Positions 18,233 through 27,056 of a DNA stretch of 61,832 bases are shown here, one piece after another. Below the pieces are notes generated by a model that saw only the letters and a list, made by a program, of their open reading frames with translations, ran no database searches and had not been told where the DNA came from. The DNA lies in the sequence record SRR20825019_1354; one strand, 5' to 3'. The first letter of the stretch is position 1. Every line of letters starts with the position of its first letter. The position numbers and the translations under genes were made by a program.

Positions 18233-19069
18233 TCAGCCACGGACACCAATGGCCTTTATATAGGCCCTCAGTGCGTTATTTATAAAATATCGAAGTGAAC
18301 CACCCATTCTTGGGTTTAACTCGAATATGGCCGGCTGTCCGTCCGCATCCAGTTTATAGTCAATGCAACAGAAACCCTGATAACCAACCGCTTCCAATAT
18401 ACTTTGGAAAAGCGGATAGAATCTGCTGTGGTTGATCTCCTTGAGGAGATCCGGTTCAGCCCATTTTCCAAAAACAAAGCGGTCATGGGGAAATTCAAAC
18501 TCGATTGCGCGCGCAAAGGTAATCCTCCCATCAAGCATGAGCAGATGGCATGCATACTCATACTTGCTACTGACATACACCTGTTTGAAAAACAGCGATG
18601 ACCTCAGTTTTGCAGCATGTTTCGCTTCATCGGCCTCATTCTCTATCAGAACCGATGACCTACCCCATTCGTCAATCGAGGTTTTTAGAATGTAGGGAAA
18701 GCCTATGTTTTTACCGGTTTCTGGCACATGGCCAGCGAAGCCGCTATTCCGCAGAAACCGGTTAAAGGCGACCTTATCATTACATAAGGCTATGGTTTCT
18801 CTTTTCGGTAGCAAGCACGGAATAGGTTCCCCCGCGTCCCGCTTGATATGGAGACGCGCGGCCGCCGCCAACGTGAGTGGGAACACCGCGGCATACCCGC
18901 TACAGTCGGTGTGCGGATCTGAAAAGTCCCTGAAGTCAGCCTCAAAGTCGCGCAGCCGGGCGCGGATATGGGGCTCCCAATCATCCTTGGTGGAGAAAAG
19001 TATTCTGGGGTGCACATTCCCACCTGTCGAGGCGGCACCCTCATCAGGCTGCCGTATAGGGTTACTCAT
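18233..19069 (-). CDS. ATP-grasp fold protein of unknown specificity
   Basis: CNDK, PYILK and FCCIDYK...FELNPRMGGS (E-x-N-x-R). Confidence 0.7.
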   Translation of the reverse strand: MSNPIRQPDEGAASTGGNVHPRILFSTKDDWEPHIRARLRDFEADFRDFSDPHTDCSGYAAVFPLTLAAAARLHIKRDAGEPIPCLLPKRETIALCNDKVAFNRFLRNSGFAGHVPETGKNIGFPYILKTSIDEWGRSSVLIENEADEAKHAAKLRSSLFFKQVYVSSKYEYACHLLMLDGRITFARAIEFEFPHDRFVFGKWAEPDLLKEINHSRFYPLFQSILEAVGYQGFCCIDYKLDADGQPAIFELNPRMGGSLRYFINNALRAYIKAIGVRG

Positions 19070-19126
19070 AACTGACCTTTTGCTCCTTCCGGGCGGGAAC
19101 CGACGCCGAGCATTTCTATCAAAGCG

Positions 19127-19495
19127 TTATACCGTGCCGGAAACGCCTTTACTATTCCTGCGGCCAAAACGCGCGAGGGCGTCTTCCATCGCAGGCGCCA
19201 GCCTACCCGTAAGCCAAAGCGATAGCATTTTATAATCTCCAAGAAGCGACCACCACGCATAATCAAATGTCGCGGGCCGGTTTTTCTCAAACACATAATG
19301 CCCTGCCCAGGCGAACCCGTACCCGATCACAGGGTAGACCAGCAGCAGCCACCAGGTCTGGCTATAGAGCGCATAGATAAAAACAGCCGTCGCCAACATG
19401 GTCCCGGTATAGTGTAGGCCTCGGCAAACCGGGTCGGAATGCTCCGCCAGATAATATGGGAAAAACTCCCGGAAACTCTCAAATTTTGGTGCCAT
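19127..19495 (-). CDS. DUF962 / Mpo1-like membrane protein
   Basis: FFPYYLAEHS..CRGLHY and AWAGHYVFEKNRPATF His motifs. Confidence 0.85.
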   Translation of the reverse strand: MAPKFESFREFFPYYLAEHSDPVCRGLHYTGTMLATAVFIYALYSQTWWLLLVYPVIGYGFAWAGHYVFEKNRPATFDYAWWSLLGDYKMLSLWLTGRLAPAMEDALARFGRRNSKGVSGTV

Positions 19496-19626
19496 TTTAT
19501 CCTCCCTCTGATCCGAGTCGTGTCGTATTCAGCCGTCTCCCGCGGCACGGCGCCAAAAAATCATACTGGTCCGTCTAGAAAATATAGTGCGAAACCAGCA
19601 ATCTAGCAAATATCATACGCGCACCT

Positions 19627-19658
19627 GTTGACGTTAACGTAAACGTCAACTAGATAAT
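19627..19658 (+). promoter_or_regulatory. LiuR-type MerR operator overlapping a long-spacer promoter
   Basis: Near-perfect 24-bp palindrome GTTGACGTTAACGTAAACGTCAAC; TTGACG-N19-GATAAT. Confidence 0.8.
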
Positions 19659-19683
19659 GGAGAGCATTAATGGGAAGGATGCA

Positions 19684-20136
19684 ATGCAAACGGAAGATTT
19701 AACCGTCACTTATTCCATCAAGGAATTGGCGTGCGATTTTGGTGTTACGTCTCGCACGCTCAGACACTATGAGGACCAAGGCTTGCTCACACCCGAGCGC
19801 CAGGGCCAAAATCGTATCTATCATGCGCACGACCGCGTACGCCTTGCCTGGATACTGCGCGGCAAGCGTGTTGGCTTCTCCTTGCAGGAAATTGGCGAAA
19901 TGCTCGATCTATATGATCTGGGCGACGGCCGGGAAACCCAACGCTCCGTGACCGTAGACAAATGCCGTGAACGTATCCGCGCACTTGAGGAACAACGTGA
20001 CGACATCAATGCCACCATCGACGAGCTGCACGACTTCTGCTCGCTGATCGCGAATCTTGTTCGGTGCAAAAAAACCGGGCGTTGGCTCAGGCGGGATACC
20101 GGCGAGCCACTCAGCCACTACGCACCAAAAAAATGA
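19684..20136 (+). CDS. MerR-family regulator (LiuR-like)
   Basis: YSIKELA..FGVTSRTLRHYEDQGLL.P.R and ILRGKRVGFSL; ACGT-repeat operator upstream; start at ATG 19684 after GGAAGGA. Confidence 0.9.
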   Translation: MQTEDLTVTYSIKELACDFGVTSRTLRHYEDQGLLTPERQGQNRIYHAHDRVRLAWILRGKRVGFSLQEIGEMLDLYDLGDGRETQRSVTVDKCRERIRALEEQRDDINATIDELHDFCSLIANLVRCKKTGRWLRRDTGEPLSHYAPKK

Positions 20137-20183
20137 CATTAAAATCCCCTACACACATAAACAGACATAGTTGAGGTATAAAA

Positions 20184-21977
20184 ATGCCAACCTATCGCGC
20201 TCCCGTAAAAGACATGAGCTTCGTGCTCAATGACGTTCTGAACATTGGCCAGTATCATAACCTGCCAGGGTATTCCGAGGTCAGCCCTGACCTTGTCTCC
20301 GCCATTCTGGAAGAAGGCGCGAAGTTTTGCGAAAACGAACTTCAGCCGCTCAACTATTCAGGGGACCGCGAGGGCTGTACGCGCCACGACGATGGCAGCG
20401 TAACCACACCAAAAGGCTTCAAGGAAGCGTACGCCAAGTATGTTGAGGGCGGTTGGGCCGGCCTCACGCAGCACGAAGACTTTGGCGGGCAAGGGCTGCC
20501 GCACGTTCTTGGTTTCTGTTTTGAAGAGATGATGATCTCATCCAACCACGCGTTTGCCATGTATCCGGGTCTGTCTGCGGGTGCGATGGCCGCGATTTCA
20601 ATCGACGGTACAGACGAGCAGAAGCAGAAGTATCTGCCCAAAATGGTTGAAGGCAGCTGGACCGGAACCATGAACCTGACGGAACCACACTGCGGGACCG
20701 ACCTTGGCATGCTGCGTACCAAAGCTGAACCTCAGGATGACGGCAGCTACAAGATCTCAGGCACGAAAATCTTCATCTCCGCGGGCGATCATGACCTGGC
20801 TGAAAACATCATCCATCTGGTGCTTGCGCGCCTGCCAGATGCGCCAAAAGGCGTGAAAGGCATCTCGCTCTTCATCGTGCCTAAATACAAGGTTGGTGAA
20901 GACGGCAGCGTTGGTGAATTCAACAATGTGAACACAGCGTCCATTGAAGAGAAAATGGGCATTCACGGCAACTCAACCTGCGTCTTGAACTACGACGGAG
21001 CCACAGGCTACCTGATTGGTGAAGCGCACAAGGGCCTCCGTTCCATGTTCATCATGATGAACGCAGCGCGAATTGGCGTTGGCATGCAGGGCCTTGGCAA
21101 CTCTGAGGTTGCTTACCAAAACGCCGCTGGGTATGCGCGTGACCGGCTGCAAGGCCGCTCCATCGCCGGGCCTAAAAACCCCGAAGGCCCGGCAGACCCA
21201 ATCATCGTGCACCCGGATGTACGCCGTATGCTGATGAACGCTAAGGCGTTCAACGAAGCATCCCGCGCGGCAAGCTTGTGGTGTGGTGTACTTATTGACC
21301 TTGCACACAATGCGGAAACCGAGGAAGAACGTCAGTGGGCAGACGATATGGTGAGCTTGATCACCCCCATCATCAAAGGCGTGTTCACGGATCGCGGCTT
21401 TGAATATTGCGTCTCGAGCCAGCAGATTTTTGGCGGCCATGGCTATATTGCCGAGCATGGCATGGAACAATTTGTGCGCGACGTGCGTATCACTCAGATC
21501 TATGAAGGCGCCAACGGCATTCAGGCGCTTGACCTCGTGGGCCGTAAGCTTGGCGCAAACGGCGGACGCGGCATTCAGGCGTTCTTCAAATATGCCGGGG
21601 AAATCCGGGAAGCAGCCAAGGGCGATGACCGCCTGCGCCCGTTCACTGATGCACTCGGTTCAGGCCTGAAAGACCTTCAAGCCGCCACCATGTGGTTGAT
21701 GCAAAACGGCATGCAGAACCCTGACAACGCTGGCGCGGGTTCAACGCCTTACATGCACCTCTTTGGCCATGTGCTTCTGGGCCTGATGTGGACCCAGATG
21801 GCAAAAGTTGCAGCTGATGCACTGGACGCGGGCACATCCGACCCTAGTTTCTACGAGAACAAACTGATCACAGGTCGCTACTACATGAAACGCCGCATGC
21901 CGGAGATTAAAGCCATGCTTGCGGAGCTGGAAGCGGGCGCAGATGAAGTGATGGCGCTTGACGCTGCCAACTTCTAA
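20184..21977 (+). CDS. Acyl-CoA dehydrogenase (about 600-aa FadE5/DmdC-like class)
   Basis: TMNLTEPHCGTDL, KMGIHGNST, QIFGGHGY and IYEGANGIQALDL. Confidence 0.93.
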   Translation: MPTYRAPVKDMSFVLNDVLNIGQYHNLPGYSEVSPDLVSAILEEGAKFCENELQPLNYSGDREGCTRHDDGSVTTPKGFKEAYAKYVEGGWAGLTQHEDFGGQGLPHVLGFCFEEMMISSNHAFAMYPGLSAGAMAAISIDGTDEQKQKYLPKMVEGSWTGTMNLTEPHCGTDLGMLRTKAEPQDDGSYKISGTKIFISAGDHDLAENIIHLVLARLPDAPKGVKGISLFIVPKYKVGEDGSVGEFNNVNTASIEEKMGIHGNSTCVLNYDGATGYLIGEAHKGLRSMFIMMNAARIGVGMQGLGNSEVAYQNAAGYARDRLQGRSIAGPKNPEGPADPIIVHPDVRRMLMNAKAFNEASRAASLWCGVLIDLAHNAETEEERQWADDMVSLITPIIKGVFTDRGFEYCVSSQQIFGGHGYIAEHGMEQFVRDVRITQIYEGANGIQALDLVGRKLGANGGRGIQAFFKYAGEIREAAKGDDRLRPFTDALGSGLKDLQAATMWLMQNGMQNPDNAGAGSTPYMHLFGHVLLGLMWTQMAKVAADALDAGTSDPSFYENKLITGRYYMKRRMPEIKAMLAELEAGADEVMALDAANF

Positions 21978-21995
21978 TTCAAAAGGGAATTCAAA

Positions 21996-23201
21996 ATGAC
22001 CGAAGCTTATATTTATGATGCTGTCAGAACTCCTCGCGGCCGCGGCCGGGCGGATGGCAGCCTGCACGAAATTACACCGGTACAGTTGGCAACTCAGGTT
22101 CTGCAAGCTGTGCGTGACCGCACCAATGTTGACACCGAGAATGTGGACGACGTGGTGCTGGGCTGCGTGTCACCGGTGGGTGAACAGGGCGCCAACATCG
22201 CCCGCGTCGCAGCCATCAACGCTGGCTACGCAGAAACCACCGCAGGCTTTCAGGTAAACCGTTTTTGTGCTTCCGGCCTTGAGGCCGTGAATATCGCAGC
22301 GGCCAAGGTTATGTCAGGTGAAGCAGACATGGCCATCGGCGGCGGTGTTGAAAGCATGAGCCGTATCCCCATGGGGTCAGACGGCGGAGCATGGCCATCA
22401 GACCCATCTGTGGCGTTTGACAGCTATTTCGTACCGCAAGGCGTGTCAGCCGACCTGATAGCAACCAAATACGGCCACAGCCGTGACGATGTAGACGCCT
22501 ACGCTGTTGAAAGCCAGAAGCGGGCGAAAGCCGCATGGGATGACAAGCGTTTCTCAAAATCCATCGTGCCCGTGAAGGACGTTGTTGGCATGAATGTGCT
22601 GGACCATGACGAGTTCATGCGCCCTGAAACCACCATGCAGTCCCTCGGTGCGCTGAAGCCTTCTTTCATTCAAATGGGCGAGTTTGGCTTCGATAACGTC
22701 GCGATCCAGAAATACCCTGAGATTGAGCGTATCAACCATGTGCACCACGCAGGCAACTCGTCCGGCATCGTGGACGGTGCGGCGGCTGTGCTAGTCGGCA
22801 CTAAAGAGATGGGCGAAAAATTTGGCCTGACACCGCGGGCACGCATTCGCTCAATGGCGTCGGTGGGCTCCGAGCCGACCATCATGCTCACTGGCCCAAG
22901 CTTCGCCGCAGAAAAAGCACTGAAGCGCGCGGGCATGGGCAAATCAGACATCGACGTCTGGGAGCTGAACGAAGCCTTCGCCTCTGTTGTGCTTCGCTTC
23001 ATGCAGGCGCTGGATATCGACCATTCAGACATCAACGTGAACGGCGGCGCCATCGCCATGGGTCACCCGCTGGGTGCAACCGGCGCCATGATCCTTGGCA
23101 CTGTGCTTGATGAGCTGGAACGTTCCGGCAAATCCACAGCCCTGGCCACGCTTTGCATTGGTGCAGGCATGGGCACCGCCACCATCATCGAACGCGTATA
23201 A
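21996..23201 (+). CDS. fadA: Acetyl-CoA C-acyltransferase (thiolase)
   Basis: [20 protein letters not shown] and LCIGAG. Confidence 0.93.
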   Translation: MTEAYIYDAVRTPRGRGRADGSLHEITPVQLATQVLQAVRDRTNVDTENVDDVVLGCVSPVGEQGANIARVAAINAGYAETTAGFQVNRFCASGLEAVNIAAAKVMSGEADMAIGGGVESMSRIPMGSDGGAWPSDPSVAFDSYFVPQGVSADLIATKYGHSRDDVDAYAVESQKRAKAAWDDKRFSKSIVPVKDVVGMNVLDHDEFMRPETTMQSLGALKPSFIQMGEFGFDNVAIQKYPEIERINHVHHAGNSSGIVDGAAAVLVGTKEMGEKFGLTPRARIRSMASVGSEPTIMLTGPSFAAEKALKRAGMGKSDIDVWELNEAFASVVLRFMQALDIDHSDINVNGGAIAMGHPLGATGAMILGTVLDELERSGKSTALATLCIGAGMGTATIIERV

Positions 23202-23222
23202 GAAGCGAGAGGGAGAGATATT

Positions 23223-25442
23223 ATGACCGAGACCATTCGTTTTGAGGTTGACGGCGACGGCATCGCGCTTCTGACCATCGACCTGCCAAACACTGGCATG
23301 AACGTATTTAACGCACAGCTGATTGAGGACCTCGACACCTGCGTTGACAAGGTGCTGGCTGATGAGGCCATCAAGGGCGCGGTTATCACATCGGGCAAGG
23401 ATGCCTTCCTTGCAGGCGCTGACCTCAATATGCTGGGCAGCCAGTCAGGCGGCGACGCAACTCCAGAGGAAGCCTTTGAAAGCGCCTTCCGCCTGAACAA
23501 GATCCTGCGCAAGATCGAAACCGGTGACAAACCCCGGAAAGAACTGGCGCTTCAAGGCACCAAACCTTTTGCGGCGGCTGTTAATGGCCTTGCACTTGGC
23601 GGCGGGTTTGAGCTTGTGCTCGCGTGTCACTACCGGGTGATTTCAGACACCCCTAAAATGCAGCTTGGCTTCCCTGAAGTTATGGTTGGCCTGCTGCCTG
23701 GTGCTGGCGGCACACAGCGCCTGCCGCGTATTGTTGGCATTCAAGCTGCGGCCCAAGCCATCACCACCGGCAAGCCATACAATGGCCAGATCGCCCTTGG
23801 TCTTGGCATCGCCAACGAGATGGCACCAACCGCAGATGTGGTTGAAAAAGCCAAAGCATGGGTGAAAAAATCACCAAGCGCGCTCGCGCCTTGGGACAAA
23901 AAAGGCTTCAAATATCCGGGCGGCGCAGGAGCCATGAACCCGGCGGCTGTTCAAACCTTCATTGGCGCAAACGCCATGGCGCAAAAGCAAACGCAGCACA
24001 ACTACCCCGCCGTTCAGGCGATCCTGTCCTGCCTTTATGAAGGTGGTATCGTTGATTTCGACACGGCCATCCGTATCGAAAGCAAATATTTCATGAAGCT
24101 GCTTGCGGGCCCTGTGGCTGGCAACATGATCCGCAGCCTGTTCATCAACAAACAAGCTGTTGAAAAGGGCTCACTCCGGCCGGATGGATTTGAGCGTAAA
24201 ACCGTCAAGCGCCTTGGCATGCTGGGCGCGGGCCTTATGGGTGCTGGCGTAGCATACGTATCCGCCAAAGCGGGCATGGAAGTTGTGCTTCTGGACCGTG
24301 AGATGGCGGCCGCCGAAAAAGGCAAGGACTATAGCCGCAATCTCGTCAAAAAGGGTGTTGAGCGCGGCAAGGTCAGCCAGGATAAGGGCGACGCCCTACT
24401 CGACCTCATCACGCCAACAGACAATTATGATGACCTGAAGGATTGTGACCTGATCATCGAAGCGGTGTTTGAAGCAGAAGACATCAAGAAGGACGTGACG
24501 GAGAAGACTGAAGCAGTGATTGGCAAGGACATTGTATTCGCTTCCAACACCTCAACGCTGCCGATTACGGGCCTGGCCAAGAACTTCAGCCGCCCGCACC
24601 AGTTTATCGGCATTCACTTCTTCTCACCGGTGGACAAGATGCCGCTTGTAGAAATCATCATGGGTGAGAAAACCGATGATGCCACGCTTGCACTGGCGCT
24701 TGATTATGTGAGCCAGATCAAGAAAACCCCGATTGTCGTGAACGACAGCCGTGGTTTCTACACCAGCCGCTGCTTCGGCACTTATGTGCAGGAAGGTTAC
24801 GCCATGGTGAAAGAAGGCGTGAACCCTGCACTGATTGAAAACGCAGGCAAAATGGCTGGTATGCCGGTCGGCCCGCTAGCTGTGGGTGACGAAGTGGCAA
24901 TCGACCTTTCCTATAAGGTTGGCATGGCAACCAGAAAGGCGCTGGGCGACAAATATGTACCCTCTCCCGCCGATGGTTTTGTTGAAAAAATGGTGGTTGA
25001 ACTTGAGCGTTTTGGCCGCAAAAACGGCAAGGGTGCTTATGTATATCCTGAGGACGGCAGCCCAAAACACCTCTGGCCGGGCCTTGAGGAACATTTCCCG
25101 CTGGCAGATGACCAGCCAAGTGTGGATGATGTAAAATCACGCCTGATGGTTCGCATGGCAGTTGAGTGCGCGCGGTGTTTTGAGGAAGGTGTGCTTCGCG
25201 ACACAGCCTCAGGCGACATCGGCGCCATTTTTGGTTGGGGCTTCGCACCGTTCACCGGTGGGCCGTTCAGCTTTATCGACACCATGGGCGTGGACGAATT
25301 TGTCATGGCGGCTGACCGCCTTGCCCAAGCCTACGGCGAGCGTTTTACACCGCCAAAGCTTCTCAGGGACATGGCTGAAAAAGGTGAGACCTTCTATACA
25401 AAAGGCGACACCCGCGGCCGCATCCCTGCCAAGGCTGCATAA
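23223..25442 (+). CDS. fadJ: Fatty-acid oxidation multifunctional enzyme (enoyl-CoA hydratase / 3-hydroxyacyl-CoA dehydrogenase)
   Basis: [30 protein letters not shown] and HFFSPV. Confidence 0.93.
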   Translation: MTETIRFEVDGDGIALLTIDLPNTGMNVFNAQLIEDLDTCVDKVLADEAIKGAVITSGKDAFLAGADLNMLGSQSGGDATPEEAFESAFRLNKILRKIETGDKPRKELALQGTKPFAAAVNGLALGGGFELVLACHYRVISDTPKMQLGFPEVMVGLLPGAGGTQRLPRIVGIQAAAQAITTGKPYNGQIALGLGIANEMAPTADVVEKAKAWVKKSPSALAPWDKKGFKYPGGAGAMNPAAVQTFIGANAMAQKQTQHNYPAVQAILSCLYEGGIVDFDTAIRIESKYFMKLLAGPVAGNMIRSLFINKQAVEKGSLRPDGFERKTVKRLGMLGAGLMGAGVAYVSAKAGMEVVLLDREMAAAEKGKDYSRNLVKKGVERGKVSQDKGDALLDLITPTDNYDDLKDCDLIIEAVFEAEDIKKDVTEKTEAVIGKDIVFASNTSTLPITGLAKNFSRPHQFIGIHFFSPVDKMPLVEIIMGEKTDDATLALALDYVSQIKKTPIVVNDSRGFYTSRCFGTYVQEGYAMVKEGVNPALIENAGKMAGMPVGPLAVGDEVAIDLSYKVGMATRKALGDKYVPSPADGFVEKMVVELERFGRKNGKGAYVYPEDGSPKHLWPGLEEHFPLADDQPSVDDVKSRLMVRMAVECARCFEEGVLRDTASGDIGAIFGWGFAPFTGGPFSFIDTMGVDEFVMAADRLAQAYGERFTPPKLLRDMAEKGETFYTKGDTRGRIPAKAA

Positions 25443-25464
25443 CTAGGCACAACATATACCGAAA

Positions 25465-25502
25465 GGGGCTGCCTCGATATTTGCTCGGGGTGGCCTTTTT
25501 TT
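25465..25502 (+). terminator. Rho-independent terminator
   Basis: GGCTGCCTCGA...TCGGGGTGGCC (G:U pairs) followed by T7. Confidence 0.65.
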
Positions 25503-25511
25503 GCGCAAGAG

Positions 25512-25578
25512 ATGTAAATAATACTTTACATTGAGTTAAGTAATGCGTACATAAAGAAATGTAAAAAATATTAGACAT
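25512..25578. promoter_or_regulatory. Paired palindromic operators upstream of the membrane protein-XRE cassette
   Basis: ATGTAAA-N6-TTTACAT (25512-25531) and ATGTAAA-N6-TAGACAT (25559-25578). Confidence 0.7.
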
Positions 25579-25597
25579 CTAGAAAAAGGAATTTTAC

Positions 25598-26044
25598 ATG
25601 TCTTTTCACGAAAAGAGCACAGCAGCGATGCTCGCAGGGATCATCATTGTATACAGTTGGTATTTCAGCAAGATGCGAGCGGTTGCTTCCACCACACATG
25701 TGGAAGAAGGCGTTGTTGCCATCGCCACCATTGCCAGCTTGCTTGCAATTACCGTGGCTATGCTAGTGGCCATCGCTATTGTTGCACATATCGCTATTGC
25801 CATTTACGAACAAACCACCACCGGTGATGTGGACGACACAATGGATGAACGTGACCAATTGATAGAGCTGAAGAGTGAACACCGCTCCAGTACTGTACTG
25901 AGCGTCGGTGTGCTAGCGGTGCTGACTCTCATGTTGATGAATTATAGTATGTTCTGGACAGCCAACGCATTGCTCGGCGCATTGGTTTTATCAAGTATCA
26001 CCAAATGCGCATTCAAACTTTACTACTATCGCTTCAAGGGTTGA
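25598..26044 (+). CDS. 4-TM hypothetical membrane protein (DUF2178-like DERD motif)
   Basis: Four hydrophobic segments, MDERDQLIE and C-terminal YYYR; adjacent to an XRE gene. Confidence 0.75.
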   Translation: MSFHEKSTAAMLAGIIIVYSWYFSKMRAVASTTHVEEGVVAIATIASLLAITVAMLVAIAIVAHIAIAIYEQTTTGDVDDTMDERDQLIELKSEHRSSTVLSVGVLAVLTLMLMNYSMFWTANALLGALVLSSITKCAFKLYYYRFKG

Positions 26045-26048
26045 AGCC

Positions 26049-26285
26049 ATGGGTAAAAAAACACGCATCACCAACAACATCCGCACGCTCAGGTTCATGG
26101 CTAGCGAGATGACACAGGCCGAGCTGGCGAAGCGCATCGGCATGACCCGCCAGACCATTATTGCCATTGAACAGGAGCGATACTCACCCTCCCTTGAGGC
26201 GGCCTTCCAGATAGCCCACGCCCTCAACACACCGCTTGAAGAGGTGTTCCAATTTGCCGATGACACATCGGCTGCAAAGGACTAA
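26049..26285 (+). CDS. XRE/HTH_3 transcriptional regulator
   Basis: MTQAELAKRIGMTRQTIIAIEQERYSPSLE. Confidence 0.92.
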   Translation: MGKKTRITNNIRTLRFMASEMTQAELAKRIGMTRQTIIAIEQERYSPSLEAAFQIAHALNTPLEEVFQFADDTSAAKD

Positions 26286-26339
26286 GTACCCTTGCCCTCA
26301 AGCCTCAGTGAGGTAAGCTTGGTGGCAAGGAGATGTATT

Positions 26340-26981
26340 TTGACGTTCACGATCGACCCCCAATTTCAGGATCTTGGCTTTGCCGTCCATCTGGGTATGC
26401 TGGACTTTACCGTAGGGGTCAGGCCAAGCGATGATGAGCTTCAAGGTACCATGAAAAATGGGGCGGAGCTGCGGCTTGAGGAACTGATGGGTGAGGCTGC
26501 GTCTACCGACCCGGTGATTGCGAACGTCCGCGCAGCCTTCAAGGTCTGCGGCAAGGACCCGAGCCGATACCGGCCGTCATCCGAAGCGCTCACCCGCCGC
26601 GTGATCGCTGGCAAGGGGCTTTATCTCGTCAATAACGTAGTGGATTGCGGCAATCTGGTCTCGCTGATGACTGGTATCCCGGTCGGCTGTTATGACGCCG
26701 CCAAAATCGAGGGCGATATCCGCCTGACCATTGGCGAAGCAGGTGAGGAATACGCAGGCATCGGGCGAGGCAAGATCAACCTTGAAGGCCTGCCCGTCAT
26801 GCACGACGGCATTGGCCCGTTCGGCACGCCCTTTTCCGATAGCGCCCGCACCAATATCGATGAGGCCACCACAAAAATCACCTTCGTGCTTTATGGCTTG
26901 AATATCGATATTGCCCATGTTGAAGCAGCAGCCGAGATCGCCGATACGCTGATCACCAGTTTTTGCGCCCCTGCTCACTAG
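26340..26981 (+). CDS. Stand-alone B3/4 (PheRS-beta editing-like) domain protein
   Basis: GKDPSRYRPSSEAL.RR, NNVVD..N..S, GCYD and GTPFSDS.RT; TTG start after AGGAG. Confidence 0.85.
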   Translation: MTFTIDPQFQDLGFAVHLGMLDFTVGVRPSDDELQGTMKNGAELRLEELMGEAASTDPVIANVRAAFKVCGKDPSRYRPSSEALTRRVIAGKGLYLVNNVVDCGNLVSLMTGIPVGCYDAAKIEGDIRLTIGEAGEEYAGIGRGKINLEGLPVMHDGIGPFGTPFSDSARTNIDEATTKITFVLYGLNIDIAHVEAAAEIADTLITSFCAPAH

Positions 26982-27056
26982 GGTCGCTTGACCAGCCGCT
27001 AAAATGCCACTTATAGTGAATGTTACTATATTACACATCCAACTCGGGGGACATGG

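Noticed and set aside
19066-19296. 76-aa ORF overlapping DUF962 and abutting the ATP-grasp start (possible precursor peptide)
   Set aside because: Mostly an alternate frame of a conserved gene, with no SD and no RiPP-like core motif.
21976-21996. Direct repeat AATTCAAAA x2 flanking the thiolase SD
   Set aside because: Short and AT-rich with only 3 nt between copies; not a target-site duplication around any element.
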